Source: Tubulanus polymorphus (lineage: Eukaryota; Animalia; Nemertea). From it: a stretch of DNA of 64,000 nt. The notes below the pieces were generated by a model, which worked only from the letters and a program-made list of their open reading frames with translations, was not told the origin of the DNA and ran no database searches. The stretch spans positions 27,428,560 through 27,492,559 of the forward strand of contig NC_134027.1 of the NCBI RefSeq assembly GCF_964204645.1. Reading direction: 5' to 3'. The position numbers and the translations under genes are program-made. The stretch's first letter is position 1. Each line of letters starts with the position of its first letter. Shown piece by piece: positions 11,378 through 24,400 of this stretch.

Positions 11378-13186
11378 CTCTCTGGCCACCAGACTTCAGC
11401 ACCACTCATAAGTCAGATATTCATCACAAATCAAACATTTATTTGCTAAACAAACAAGCCCAATCCTGGGCTTCCACACAATTTGTCAAATAAAATATTT
11501 ATGAAAATGTGATACAAAATTAATTATTTTTTTACAAATACTGGTAGGGGTTAGCAGTATGACAGCCTCAGATTGTCACCAAGAGAGACAAATTATTATA
11601 TTGAAATCTTTACATAATATACTAATACATAAGAAACTATTTTATATATTTTGATAATACAGCAGTTATGAAGATTGAGACTTTAATGATTATTTCAGTT
11701 CTATATACGGGGTGCAGCAGTTTAGTTACTAAAAATAACAGATTTGTCATAATTTGTCTGAATTTGGCGTGCATATTTTTAACCGATCATCCGCTTGGCT
11801 AACCATGAGGCTTGCGTGAGGATGAAAGTATTAATATTCTGACACTCCTTACACTTTTTTCCTTACACTTTCTAAATTTCCTTCCGCGAAGCGACGCCCA
11901 AGGCTGGCTTCATGTCGACGCCTAGACCAACGCAACAGGCCGGATAATCCCCGATTAGCGCCACATAACCTCAGCGTTTTCAAACGTCCAAGCATTTTCA
12001 AACTTCAAAAGAAAAGATGCCATTGACCGCAATTCAAGAATGGCCAGTGACCTACCTGCAATACCTTTTGAAATCATTCACCGAAGCTTTTGTTATCGGT
12101 GATGCAACCAATCACCGGCTACGAATTTTAAGGGGGTCAGTTAAAAACTGGTGGGCGCTCCTACAAGTTGTCATTACACTTGGAAATTCTACCCGGCGAA
12201 GAAGTCTCTGTCGCTGGTTATTGCTCAGATAGGACACGTTTTAGAAAAAGAGAATTTTCATTAGATTGTAACAAACGCAGCTGAGCTGATAAACTATTCA
12301 TTATTAATACAACTGGATTTTGCCAACAGGACACGGAATTTAAAAATGACCTAAGGATTGACTCTTAAATAAAAGGATTACATTTTCAAATTGCTGCTTC
12401 ATCCGCGTTACAAGGTTGCTGTAAGGTAGGTGGAACATTTATTTAACATTAGCGGTCGAAATTATGTTTTATAGGTTTAGATTTAGGAAAAAATAGTTGC
12501 ACTTTAGGTTAGGGTTAGGTTAGGTTTAATTAACAGGTACCGGTACCCAGTGTTACAGCTTCATGGAAGATACTAACAGACTCGCCTACTGATGGAAAAC
12601 AAGAGCGGTCCGAATTGAATAAGGTAGGACATATTTCAGCGTGGACTTGTCAACTAGAGTTGATACGTCCATGATTTCAGTGAGAAGAAAAAGACCCCCC
12701 GGGCCACAGAAGATCGAACCCGAAGTTGAATGATGATGACAGAGTGGCTTGAAAAAATTCAGGTGCGACTTGTATGACATGTCTAATAGTTCTTGTAGAT
12801 AAATAGAATTGATAGAATTTATGTTAGTTCTAACTAGTTATTTGACCCCCCAATTAAAACATAATTTCAACCGTTAATTCTTAGGTATTTTGAATATATT
12901 TCACAATCATCCAACGCCCCCCACCCTCACCCCTCCCCTTAAAACGAAGCTTCCACGATTTTGTGGGTTAAGCGTGACTTTGGTAGGATGAGGAATTGAC
13001 GATTTGGACTTGACAACTTTTTTCTACATAATAGAAACTACATAAACGTTAACACATGTAGAGCTAGGGAGGTTGGACTATTAACCCCTCAAAACACATA
13101 CAGATAACAGTGATACAAATATAAAACAATAGACAAATATACACTTATACAATATTACACATTAAAATGATAGAATTAAATTTTTC

Positions 13187-13360
13187 ACGCGCCATTTTAT
13201 TTTGAAGTCTCATCTCGCGTCATTTTATTTCGAAGTCTCATCTCGCGCCATTTTATTTTGAAGTCTCATCCATTTTATTTTGAAGTCTCATCTCGCGCCA
13301 TTTTATTTTGAAGACTTATCTCGCGCTATTTTATTTGGAGGTAATCTCGCGCCATTTTAA
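13187..13360. repeat. Short tandem repeat (~26-28 bp, cgccattttattttgaagtctcatctcg)
   Basis: About 6 imperfect copies, followed by a (tgtat)n-like tract. Confidence 0.8.
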
Positions 13361-14909
13361 TGTCTTTTTGCGCATCCAAGATACATCACTTATTTTGTTG
13401 TTCTGTAATTAATCATATATCAACTCACTCAGTTATGTATTGTAATATATGTATTGTAATATGTATTGTATTATGTATTGTACCATGTATTATATTATGT
13501 ATTGTTTTATGTGTTGTACCATGTATTGTATTGTGTATTGTAATATGTATTGTATTATGTATTTTGTAATTACTCTTCTCACTCGGTTCTCTCTAATTAG
13601 TGTCAGTCTGCCTATAAATACTGATTAGTAACGAAAGCTTGTGCGTCAAATAAACCTATATTGTATACTTATACTTGTCTCGTTATAATTATTCTAAACC
13701 TGGTTTATACCCCAGGCTCCTCTACGGAATAAGGGAACATCGTGTTTTAATTCCTGATTCGGACCCACTGTCGCAGCCTTCGTCATTGGACACATGACAA
13801 CTCGGGCTTGATTCGAACCCTTGAAAGCAGCAGGCCCATTTCTCTTGGACATTGAGGAAAACTTCTAAGACTAAGATTCGATTTCCAGCCTTCTTTGACG
13901 AAGAGAACTTCAGTGGGACAATACTCAGAATTCGAACTTGTGGAATGAACCTGTTTTGAAATTTTCTGCGAAAGCTTCAATTTTCTAGAGGAAAATAAAT
14001 CAATTTCATATCGGTAACTATTACGACGAGTTATAGGAAAAATTGTGCCGAAATTGAGAGTATTGAAACAAACACAGCTAACCTACACGGCTGTCTGGAA
14101 TCAGTTGTTTCGGGATGAAAAATTTGCAGAAAATTCCGAAACATTTTCATTCCATCACGAGGAGACTGAAATTGACTGGTGTCCCACGTACACTGGGCAA
14201 ACTTTGGTTATCGGACTTAGTCGCGACTATAGTCGAACTAAGTAAAACCGAATGTCAGTTAGTCGGAACCATAGTTTGGAAATAGTTCGGAAATAAAGCG
14301 CATTCGGTTATTAGTTCCGACCACAAGTCGACTAGATACGAGAACTGAATTTGGCCCTTACTGGGGTACTAGGATTCTGACCCGGCGGACACGACCATCA
14401 GCCAGGAACAGTCCCGACCAGTCTGACCAGTGTGTGGTCGGCGGATGAGAGAGGATTAATGTACAAGGCAAGCAACATCGGAGCCTCGCTTGGAAGCTCT
14501 CCACTGAAGGCGCTGCGATGCACTAATCTCGGTAAGTGGACGTAGAAAAACATGACACTTAACGCTCGCCGGCCGCCATCAGCCAAATTTGCCAAAACTC
14601 AACAAAACGCCAAATGTTGATGTTATGAATTGCTGTCCTAAATTCATGCGTAGAGTTTATTGGCGTTATCATCGTGAACATTTGATTGTCATTTTCCAGT
14701 ACCCAAAAAGGCCAGTTCGAAATTTTGATATGTTGCAAGGAATCTCTTCACACTGAGCCCGCCCGATTATTCATCCCGATATTGAGTAATGGTAGTCACC
14801 CGAGGCTGGGTTACTCCGACAATTTCCCAATCAGTGACGTACGCCCCGATATTTGGTATTGTAAATCTAATAAATTCAATGCAATTATCGCTATATTGAC
14901 CTGGTTAGA

Positions 14910-16337
14910 ATGGCGAATATGGCTAAAACTATTTTAAATCTGAATAAAAGATTTCTGCTGTCAGTTAAACCACTGCCTCCTGAATCAATACAGCTGCAGT
15001 GTACACGACTGATGAGTTCTAATGTGACACAAGATAAAATGCCAGCCACACCACCTTCAGCAGCGCAGCCACAAGCTGCAGCTGCTGCTGTTGCAGCTGA
15101 TGCTGGGAAGCAAAAACCGGGAATAGTAGCAAAACTTGTCGATGAAGCAGTTTCTAATCAGAAAGTCAGTGGAATAATGATGTGGTACGAGGATTTTATT
15201 GGTTTAACCGATGTGAAAACTGCTCAACAAAATGTTCTAGAGGTCAGCAAAGCAACAAGTCCATTCAATACTGGCGTCACACAGCCAGCTCCGTGTTGTT
15301 AGTGCTGCAGCCCTGCTTCATAGAGGCCTGTCACATGAAGCTGCGGGTTCTAAATCAAAGGTTTACAATAATAGCCTAGCTCGGCAGGTACCAACTTGTG
15401 GTACCTTCATGTCATAGGATACTAATGAATCTTTGATTTTGAACCCCAGTCAGTGACACGCCCCTGTGGAGAACTCCGTAACCATAGACACAATTGTTCA
15501 ATTGTTGTCGATTATTTTCAGGCTGAACGTAATTTTGCCGAAGCTCAAGAAAAACGTCGCGAGCAACAACAGATACTGACGCAAGTTCAATCGAAACTTA
15601 AAGATATCGATCATGAGTTGGATAAAACTCCGAGAGGAGACGATCGATTCCTCGAATTACTCAAAGATCAACACGCCCTCTATAGGCAGGAAGTGACGAC
15701 GCACGATAAACACGCGCAGCACGAGAAGGACGAGAGGAGTTATTTCACGGAGCTGTGCACGGCTGTTCGGGACAGTCACGAGAAAGAGAGAGCTCGTACG
15801 GAACGCACAAAATACTGGTCGATTTTAGGATCGATGGTCGGAGCGTTTATCGGAATTCTCGGAGCGACCGTTAATAACTTCTTACGAAATCGAGAAATTC
15901 GAAAACTCGGAAAAACCGTCGAGCGGCAACACGACGAGATCGAATCGATTTTAGTCGATTTTAAAAATAACGCGGGAATCGTCGGACTCTCGACTCGGGG
16001 AAAACCCGACGAATCGGTAACCGTTAAACTCGGTGATTCCTCGAACGATGTCTCGCAATTATTACAAAATCAGGATAAACATTTGAAAAAACAAATCGCT
16101 GAAATAAAACAGATAGTTTTATCATCGGCCGCAGCTGGTGCTGCAGGTGCTGCAACTGATTCATCTATAGACAGTAGAGTAGTTTATATAGGACCTCAAA
16201 TACACGATATGTTGAATGATACCGAGAAAAACCTCGAATATAAAATCAAGATAAACTCATTAGCGACAGTAGCATTTGTTTACGGTGCGTTAGCCGTAGC
16301 TGTTCCTATATTATACGCAGTATTCAGAGGTTCCTGA
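14910..16337 (+). CDS. CCDC51: Coiled-coil domain protein 51 / mitochondrial potassium channel MITOK, 2 coding exons
   Basis: Exons 14910(or 14919)-15242 and 15522-16337. Motifs WYEDFIGLTDVKTAQQNVLE|AERNF and AVRDSHEKERARTERTKYWSILGSMVGAFIGILG match CCDC51. N-terminus looks like a mitochondrial presequence; two TM segments. Confidence 0.93.
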
Positions 16338-16370
16338 ATCCAGTGTATTCTTAGTTATCCCTACGACCAA

Positions 16371-17046
16371 AGGTTCCTGATTCTCATTGACCTCCGTTCT
16401 GTGGTTCCTGATTCTCATTGACCTCAGTTCTGAGGTTCCTGATTCTCATTGACCTCGGATCAGAGGTTCCTGATTCTCATTGACCTCGGATCAGAGGTTC
16501 CTGATTCTCATTGAACTCTGTTCTGAGGTTCCTGATTCTCATTGACCTCCGTTCTGAGGTTCCTGATTCTCATTGACCTTGGACCAGAGGTTCCTGATTC
16601 TCATTGACCTTTGACCAGAGGTTCCTGATTCTCATTGAACTCTGTTCTGAGGTTCCTGATTCTCATTGACCTTGGTTCTGAGGTTCCTGATTCTCATTGA
16701 CCTCGGTTCTGAGGTTCCTGATTCTCATTGACCTCCGTTCTGAGGTTCCTGATTCTCATTGACCTCCGTTCTGAGGTTCCTGATTCTCATTGACCTCCGT
16801 TCTGAGGTTCCTGATTCTCATTGACCTCCGTTCTGAGGTTCCTGATTCTCATTGACCTCCGTTCTGAGGTTCCTGATTCTCATTGACCTCAGTTCTGAGG
16901 TTCCTGATTCTCATTGACCTCGGTTCTGAGGTTCTTGATTCTCATTGACCTCGGTTCTGAGGTTCTTGATTCCGATTGACCTCTGTTCTGAGGTTCTTGA
17001 TTCTCATTGACCTCGGTTCTGAGGTTCCTGATTCCCATTGACCTCC
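16371..17046. repeat. 31-bp minisatellite (~22 copies) just after the CCDC51 stop codon
   Basis: Unit gaggttcctgattctcattgacctccgttct. Confidence 0.95.
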
Positions 17047-17360
17047 TGCTTTTACAGTTGTTGTGAAAGATACCGGTAATAAATGTTAAGTGTTTTAAAC
17101 ACTGCTTCTTGGAATCAAGTCAAAACGGGAGCACTCATAGGATTCCCATGGATGGATTGAAATGATATTGAACTGTTTTTATATTCAGATTGTAGAATAT
17201 AGAAAATTCATGTTGAATTGTGTTGCTTTAAAAGCTGTGATCTGGAATAATGATGATTGATGTTTTCAATCAATGAATATTATTGTTATATATGCATAGA
17301 TAGAAAATAAACTGCACTCAATAATTAATGATTCAGTTATTGTGTTAAATTGAGGATAAT

Positions 17361-18024
17361 CAGTAATTACTGATACTGATTCAGAGTGGTCCTGATACTG
17401 AATAGAGGATGTACAGGGGTGTCCCGGGTTCAGACCCAGTAATTACTGATACTGATTCAGAGTGGTCCTGATACTGAATAGAGGATGTACATGGGCGTCC
17501 CGGGTTTGAACCCAGTAATTACTGATACTGATTCAGAGTGGTCCTGATACTGAATAGAGGATGTACATGGGCGTCCCGGGTTTGAACCCAGTAATTACTG
17601 ATACTGATTCAGAGTGGTCCTGATACTGAATAGAGGATGTACATGGGCGTCCCGGGTTCGAACCCAGTAATTACTGATACTGATTCAGAGTGGTCCTGAT
17701 ACTGAATAGAGGATGTACATGGGCGTCCCGGGTTCGAACCCAGTAATTACTGATACTGATTCAGAGTGGTCCTGATACTGAATAGAGGATGTACATGGGC
17801 GTCCCGGGTTCGAACCCAGTAATTACTGATACTGATTCAGAGTGGTCCTGATGCTGAATAGAGGATGTACAGAGGTGCCCCGGGTTCGAACCCAGTAATT
17901 ACTGATACTGATTCAAAGTAGTCCTGATGCTGAATAGAGGATGTACAGAGGTGTCCCGGGTTCGAACCCAGTAATTACTGATGCTGATTCAAAGTGGTCC
18001 TGATACTGAGAAGAGGATGTACAT
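17361..18024 (+). repeat. 76-bp tandem array (~9 copies) with a tRNA/SINE B-box-like motif
   Basis: Unit cagtaattactgatactgattcagagtggtcctgatactgaatagaggatgtacatgggcgtcccgggttcgaacc; period 76 (17361 to 17437). Confidence 0.92.
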
Positions 18025-18471
18025 GTCACTGGGTGTCCCACCGCGGGTACCTAGTCACCTACAGTCCGAGACCGGGTTTTAACTTTTCTTATTCCCATCC
18101 CGAGTTTTAGTGATATTGTACGATACCGGAAGTGTGAATGAATAATGGCCGCTTGTCTGTGAATCGAGGAAGGAAAGGATCGGGAAAAGAGGATCAGTAG
18201 AGATGATGATTAGCTGTAGTGTTTTACTGTTGTTTGATGTTGTTTATAGCTGATTACACGAACAGACAATGTAAGATTTAATACACACCATCATCAGCAG
18301 CACCGTCCACAATCTGAATTTCAATTTTCTGAATCCGAACAACAACATAACAAATTTTACAAATTATCAATCATCATTTTGAATGCTTCTTTTGAAGAGA
18401 TAGTCTACCCATCCTTTAAACCCCCGAGACTGCAGAGATTTTAAAAATTATTTTATTGATGTTGTTTACAG

Positions 18472-21400
18472 ATGAGCGAAGGAAGGAAGAGTCAAGTCAT
18501 TCTTCTTGATGACAGGAAAATTGAATTCATTATTCAGGTAACAAACACAAACATAAACATTATTTAATTGTCATTTCCGCAAGATTTTCATCTGCGTTTT
18601 AAGCATTGTTTAATCTCCTGATCGATGATGTCTAGACTAATTAACTGTATTCTGTTTTATTAATTTTTCCTTTAAAGTTAGACAATTTGAAATTTATGAT
18701 TTGGATTTTAAAAATTGATCTCATATTTTTTGTTTTCAGCCGAAATTATACGCTGTGGATTTATTAGATTTAGTCGCATCACATTTCAATCTGAAGGAAA
18801 AGGAATATTTTGGATTAGCATTCCAAGATGACACGTAAGTTTTTTAACCCTCAATTCATTATTGATCACAGGTTTATAGACAGAATTACTAAATTTCGAA
18901 ACTTGTTATTTAGAAACTAAATTTCGAAACTTGTTGTTTAGAAACTTAATTTCGAAATTTGTTATTTATTATCATGAATTTAAATGACTAAAAAACTAAA
19001 TTTACTTAATAGATTTATTGTTTGTTCTTTGACTTCTTGGAATTGATTCGTATTTATTCAGCTGTTAGAGATTCTGAAATGTTGTGTCAAATGATTTTTA
19101 ATGAAATTAGATCCCTAGCACAAGAAGCTTTTTTAAGGTTTACTCAAAAAGTTTGTCTGCAAAGACAAAATCTAGTTATTTTGGAAAGTTGTAAGTTATT
19201 TTGGAAGAGATATTTTTGATGGATTGTCTTGAACTCTTCTCTACTAAGCTTTTTTCTTTTCAATCACAATTTACTTCCAATCTTTCTCCTGCCATCAACC
19301 AAACCCAGCGCAGCTATCTCGGCTGACAGGCTTCTTGTAATATTTTGAATTCATTTATAGTTGGTTTTTATGTCATCATGTTTTCACATTGTTTGAAGTT
19401 TTCTCTGATTTCTACTGATGTTTTTCAGAGGACATTATAACTGGATTCAATTGGACAGGAAAGTTCTGGATCACGACATTCCACGCAAACATGGAACAAT
19501 CATCCTGCATTTTAGAATCAAGTAAGTATTTCATTAATTTCGATACCGATAGAAAAATCATCAATTCAATTGAAAAGATTGATTTTAATGATTTATTTTT
19601 CTATTTCAGATTCTTTATTGAAAGTATCGCTTTCTTACGAGAAACAACCACCGTAGAGGCTTTCTATTTACAAGCTAAACAATCTATATACAAGGTACGA
19701 CTGATTATTCTTATCTTTTAATGGGTGGTGACTTTCTTCACCTTACACCAGGGAGACAGGTGGACTGATTCCTCCTGCACCTGTTTCAATCTTTCCAGTT
19801 ATCAACAGAACAGCTTTCAAAATGCATCTCACATTTAAAGATGAACTTTTTTATGATATGAACAAAAAAAACGGAAGTTTTGTTACTCATTGAATGGAAA
19901 CATTATCTGTGATGCATAGAAAGAAGGGTGTTATCTGTGTGTGGTGGAGAGAGGGGGGAAAGAAAGAAGGGTGTTATCTGTGTGTGGTGGAGAGAGGGGG
20001 GAAAGAAAGAAGGGTGTTATCTGTCTGTGGTGGAGAGAGGGGGGAAAGAAAGAAGGGTGTTATCTGTGTGTGGTGGAGAGAGGGGGGAAAGAAAGAAGGG
20101 TGTTATCTGTGTGTGGTGGAGAGAGGGGGGAAAGAAAGAAGGGTGTTATCTGTGTGTGGTGGAGAGAGGGGGGAAAGAAAGAAGGGTGTTATCTGTGTGT
20201 GGTGGAGAGAGGGGGGAAAGAAAGAAGGTTGTTATCTGTGTGTGGTGGAGAGAGGGGGGAAAGAAAGAAGGTTGTTATCTGTGTGTGGTGGAGAGAGGGG
20301 GGAAAGAAAGAAGGGTGTTATCTGTGTGTGGTGGAGAGAGGGGGGAAAGAAAGAAGGTTGTTATCTGTGTGTGGTGGAGAGAGGGGGGAAAGAAAGAAGG
20401 GTGTTATCTGTGTGTGGTGGAGAGAGGGGGGAAAGAAAGAAGGGTGTTATCTGTGTGTGGTGGAGAGAGGGGGGAAAGAAAGAAGGGTGTTATCTGTGTG
20501 TGGTGGAGAGAGGGGGGAAAGAAAGAAGGGTGTTATCTGTGTGTGGTGGAGAGAGGGGGGAAAGAAAGAAGGGTGTTATCTGTGTGTGGTGGAGAGAGGG
20601 GGGAAAGAAAGAAGGGTGTTATCTGTGTGTGGTGGAGAGAGGGGGGAAAGAAAGAAGGGTGTTATCTGTGTGTGGTGGAGAGAGGGGGGAAATGAATGAT
20701 TCATAAATACTAAACCAGAAAATGAAATAAAAATGTCGTGTAGATCTAGATGTTAAACCCTTTAGTTGCGTTAGTATTGGTATATGTTACTGAGCTGAGC
20801 TGATTCTCCTCTACTAAACAACCCTCCCTGAAACATATCAGGATATGTATCCCAACAGCTTCTGGACAATCTATTAATTCTTCAAATATTCATCTATTCC
20901 GATTTTAGCATTATTAGTCTTTATAATTTACAATTGTCAGATTTATATGTTGTTAGCCCTGCTACTGTTAGTAGGAACCCGGTTAGTTAGATTCTGAACG
21001 TGAAATCAGGAAATGTTTGTTTCAGTTTCCCGGAAAACAACACAAATTATTATAATTAAAATACTACCGTATTTTAATACTTGTATTAACTTTTTAAAGT
21101 CCAATTACATTTTAAAATTCTATTCAAACCCAGCTAACAGGAACCCGGTAGTAGATCAGTAGTAGGTTCTCGATCAGAGTACATCATCAGTGTTATATAG
21201 ATTCAGATCACTGAATGTGTTATTTCCTGTTTAATAAGAACAGTAGGCCTATATTCATCTCAACTCAGTTCCACGGTTGTAGTTTTAAACTCTTCAGCTC
21301 GGAACTATTGGGAGGGGGCACAGAACTATAGTTAGGGGGGCACAGAACTATAGTTAGGGGGGCACAGAACTATAGTTAGAGGGGGGCATCTGAATACACT

Positions 21401-24400
21401 ACTGTCACAAGTGATAAACAGTCTAGAGGCTGCGATTGTCAACCAATTTTTTTCAAACTTAAAATAATAGCGGCCACGATATTTCAATGGTATTCACCAC
21501 AAACCCTGTAACTTCACTTGTGAATTTCGCTTGTCTCATTCTAGTTTCTCCACCTCTAGCGTTGCGAGGCTCAGATCAGTGATTGCCTGTAATCTGTAGG
21601 AACCCTGAAGCGAGGCTCAGATCAGTGATTGCCTGTAATCTGTAGGAACTCTGAACTCTATATCTCTGCTTATTACATCGTGTAATTACTTATTTTTTCC
21701 TGTAAATTTTTGTCTAATTGAGGAAGTGCTCCAATTAGTCGAGGGAAGAGGGGGAGGGAGGAGTGCAGCTCTCTCTATCTCTCTATATATACTGGTATTG
21801 TTTATATTTGTCAACTGTTATAAGTGCTGTTTGACCTGTATAATGTAGATTAGTAGATGATGATTTTGTCCTAATTTCTATTTCAAATGATTTCTCACTC
21901 TCTCTCTCTCTCTCTCTCTCTGTCTCTATGTAGGGTTTAGTAGAATGTGATAGTGATACCGCGTTCGAACTCGCTGCTCATGTATTACAGGCTACTTGTG
22001 GTGACTGTACAGAGTAAGTATTGACACTTTCTTTATCACTGATCTCATTGATATAGGGGGAAAACCTGGAGATATTGTTATTGACCACGTGTTTCTTTAT
22101 CAGTATATGATTCTATGAAAAATGAATTGTTACTATTTAAACCTTGAACTTAAAAAACTTTAAAATTGTGATGCACCCTGTAATTTGTGTACCCTGGAAA
22201 TTCTGGGGAAAAATCTCTCAGGGGCCGGTTGTATAGTCATGGCTTAGACATGAGACCAGTCTGAGACCAACTTAGTTCTATAGCTAATATAACAACTTGA
22301 GACCAGTCTTAAGATTTAAAACAGCTTTTGGACTTAAGTCACGACTGTGAGACTGGCCCAACTGGGGATTAAATGGGTGGAAATTGACAACTCTATAACG
22401 AAGACTTCATTGAGTGTAACTAGTTACCGTTGAAAATGGAAATAGTGATAAACTATAATTTTTAGTGATGAAACGGCGAAGAAAGACTTGAAAAAGTTAC
22501 CAGTACTTCCAGTACGAACGCTAGAACAACATCCTTCATTATCATACTGGTACGTGTTATATCTATATAATATCAACAAGTGCAGATTGTTAGAATTCAG
22601 TGATTCATTCAATACATGTTTAATCGGTATATAATTCACTGCTGGTTTGTGGTTAATTGTTTATCAGTTTAAATGAAGAATATATTTGATAAGAATCACT
22701 TATTGTGTTTGATATCGTCAACATAACGATAAGTAACAGATTTCGGTAATATGAAAAATGCCTGGTGAATGAGTTGGAAACTATAAAATTGCCTGTCAAA
22801 TTCTACAGGCCTTTTTCTGAACAAGTTAAAAAGCTTAAATCAGTTAAGTTTGAATTGTTGTCCTCATTGACAATGTGAAGTAACCACAATAGCAATGAAA
22901 CCAAAGATTTAAGATTTTTCGTGAAATTGGACCCAGGTGTTTGCACTTGGTGTCCACAGACGATAAGCTTTAAATTTGTCTACATCGACTCATGGAATTT
23001 CACTAAAAATTCTCTATATTGAGCCACAAAAAGTCACGGAAAATCATGTTCTAAGATTTGAGTCTATGAACTCTTTATATTTATTTAATTTCCAGCGAGG
23101 AACAAGTAGTAATACATTATAAGAAGTTAGCCGGTTTATCTCGTGGTTCATCTATTGTTAAGTAAGTTTTTCCACCCCCACGCGAGCATGTCTCTATCAG
23201 GGTATCCTGTGTAAAAACGGGGTTCCGATTGTCATTCATATAAAACTTGTTTGATTATTTCAGTTATATGACAATTGTAGAGTCACTGCCCACGTATGGA
23301 ATTCACTATTATGAAGTAAAGGTATTTATTTCGTGTAAAGTTGAATCACTCTCATTATGAGTCATAGTACGTTCAATCATTCGCAGATGGCAGCACCTGT
23401 CAGTCACTTTCATTTGAAGCCCAATACATACAAATTTAGAAGATTAAAAACGAAATTTATTTATCAAAACTTGAAATGAAAAACCTACATATTATTAATT
23501 ATATAATCTGCATACTGTAAGGTTTGATTTTATAATCTATTCTCCATGTCTGAGGCTATTCTAAAGTACAGTTCATAAAATATAAATTCTGAAATAATTG
23601 ATGATCTCCGTATAATAGATTTTATATACCTTCATCGAAAACAAAGAAATGAATTCAAAACTTGTCACATTAAGTGACTTTCATCATATTCTCCATTTAT
23701 TCAACTCTAATCTTGTAATAATTAATTCAATTGTGTTTTTACACAATTATAATAATTGAACATAATAGAAACTAGTTTGACCGTGTAAGTTGTAAATGTT
23801 TGATTCATGGTTTGATGCTTGTGTTTATAGTTGACCTGTCGCACAACTATTGACTGTAATGTACTATTGTAATCATGTATTACAGGATAAACATGGTATG
23901 CCCTGGTGGTTAGGTCTTAGTCATAAAGGAATAGCTCAGTACGATCAAACAGATAAAAAAATACCCAGAAGAGTAAGTTTTTAGATTTACCTGTTACAAA
24001 TATTGTGGTTTAGGGGTAAATTTTCAGCTGTTCTGTGGCACTTGTCTTACTGATAGTCAGGGTGAAAGGGAAAGACAGACAGCAGTTTGGGGTCAGTGCT
24101 ATGTGGTACTAGTGTTACTGAGGGTTTGGGTAAGATTGCGGTTTGGGGGTCACCCATCAGCTGTCATGTGGCACTAGTGTTACTGATAGTCAGGGTAAAG
24201 GGGGTAAGACAGACAGCAGTTTGGAGTCAATGTTCTGCTGTGTGGTGCTAGTGTTACTGAGGGTCAGGGTAAAAGGGGTTAGACAGACAGCAGTTTGTGG
24301 TCAGTGCTATGTGGTGCTAGTGTTACTGAGGGTCAGGGTAAGATGACAGTTTAGACAGGGTCTGATCTAAAGAATAAAAACCACTTGCCCAGGGGCAAGT

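Noticed and set aside
11950-12800. Possible decayed transposon coding remnant
   Set aside because: Short broken frames with no motif I can identify confidently.
16371-18024. CRISPR-like appearance of the 31-bp and 76-bp arrays
   Set aside because: The units abut with no unique spacers, there are no cas genes, and the context is eukaryotic.
17361-18024. tRNA gene cluster
   Set aside because: Only box-like motifs are present; acceptor and anticodon stems do not pair and the T-stem is imperfect.
19894-20706. Three overlapping ~250-270 aa ORFs
   Set aside because: A stop-free 43-bp repeat inside a FRMD4 intron.
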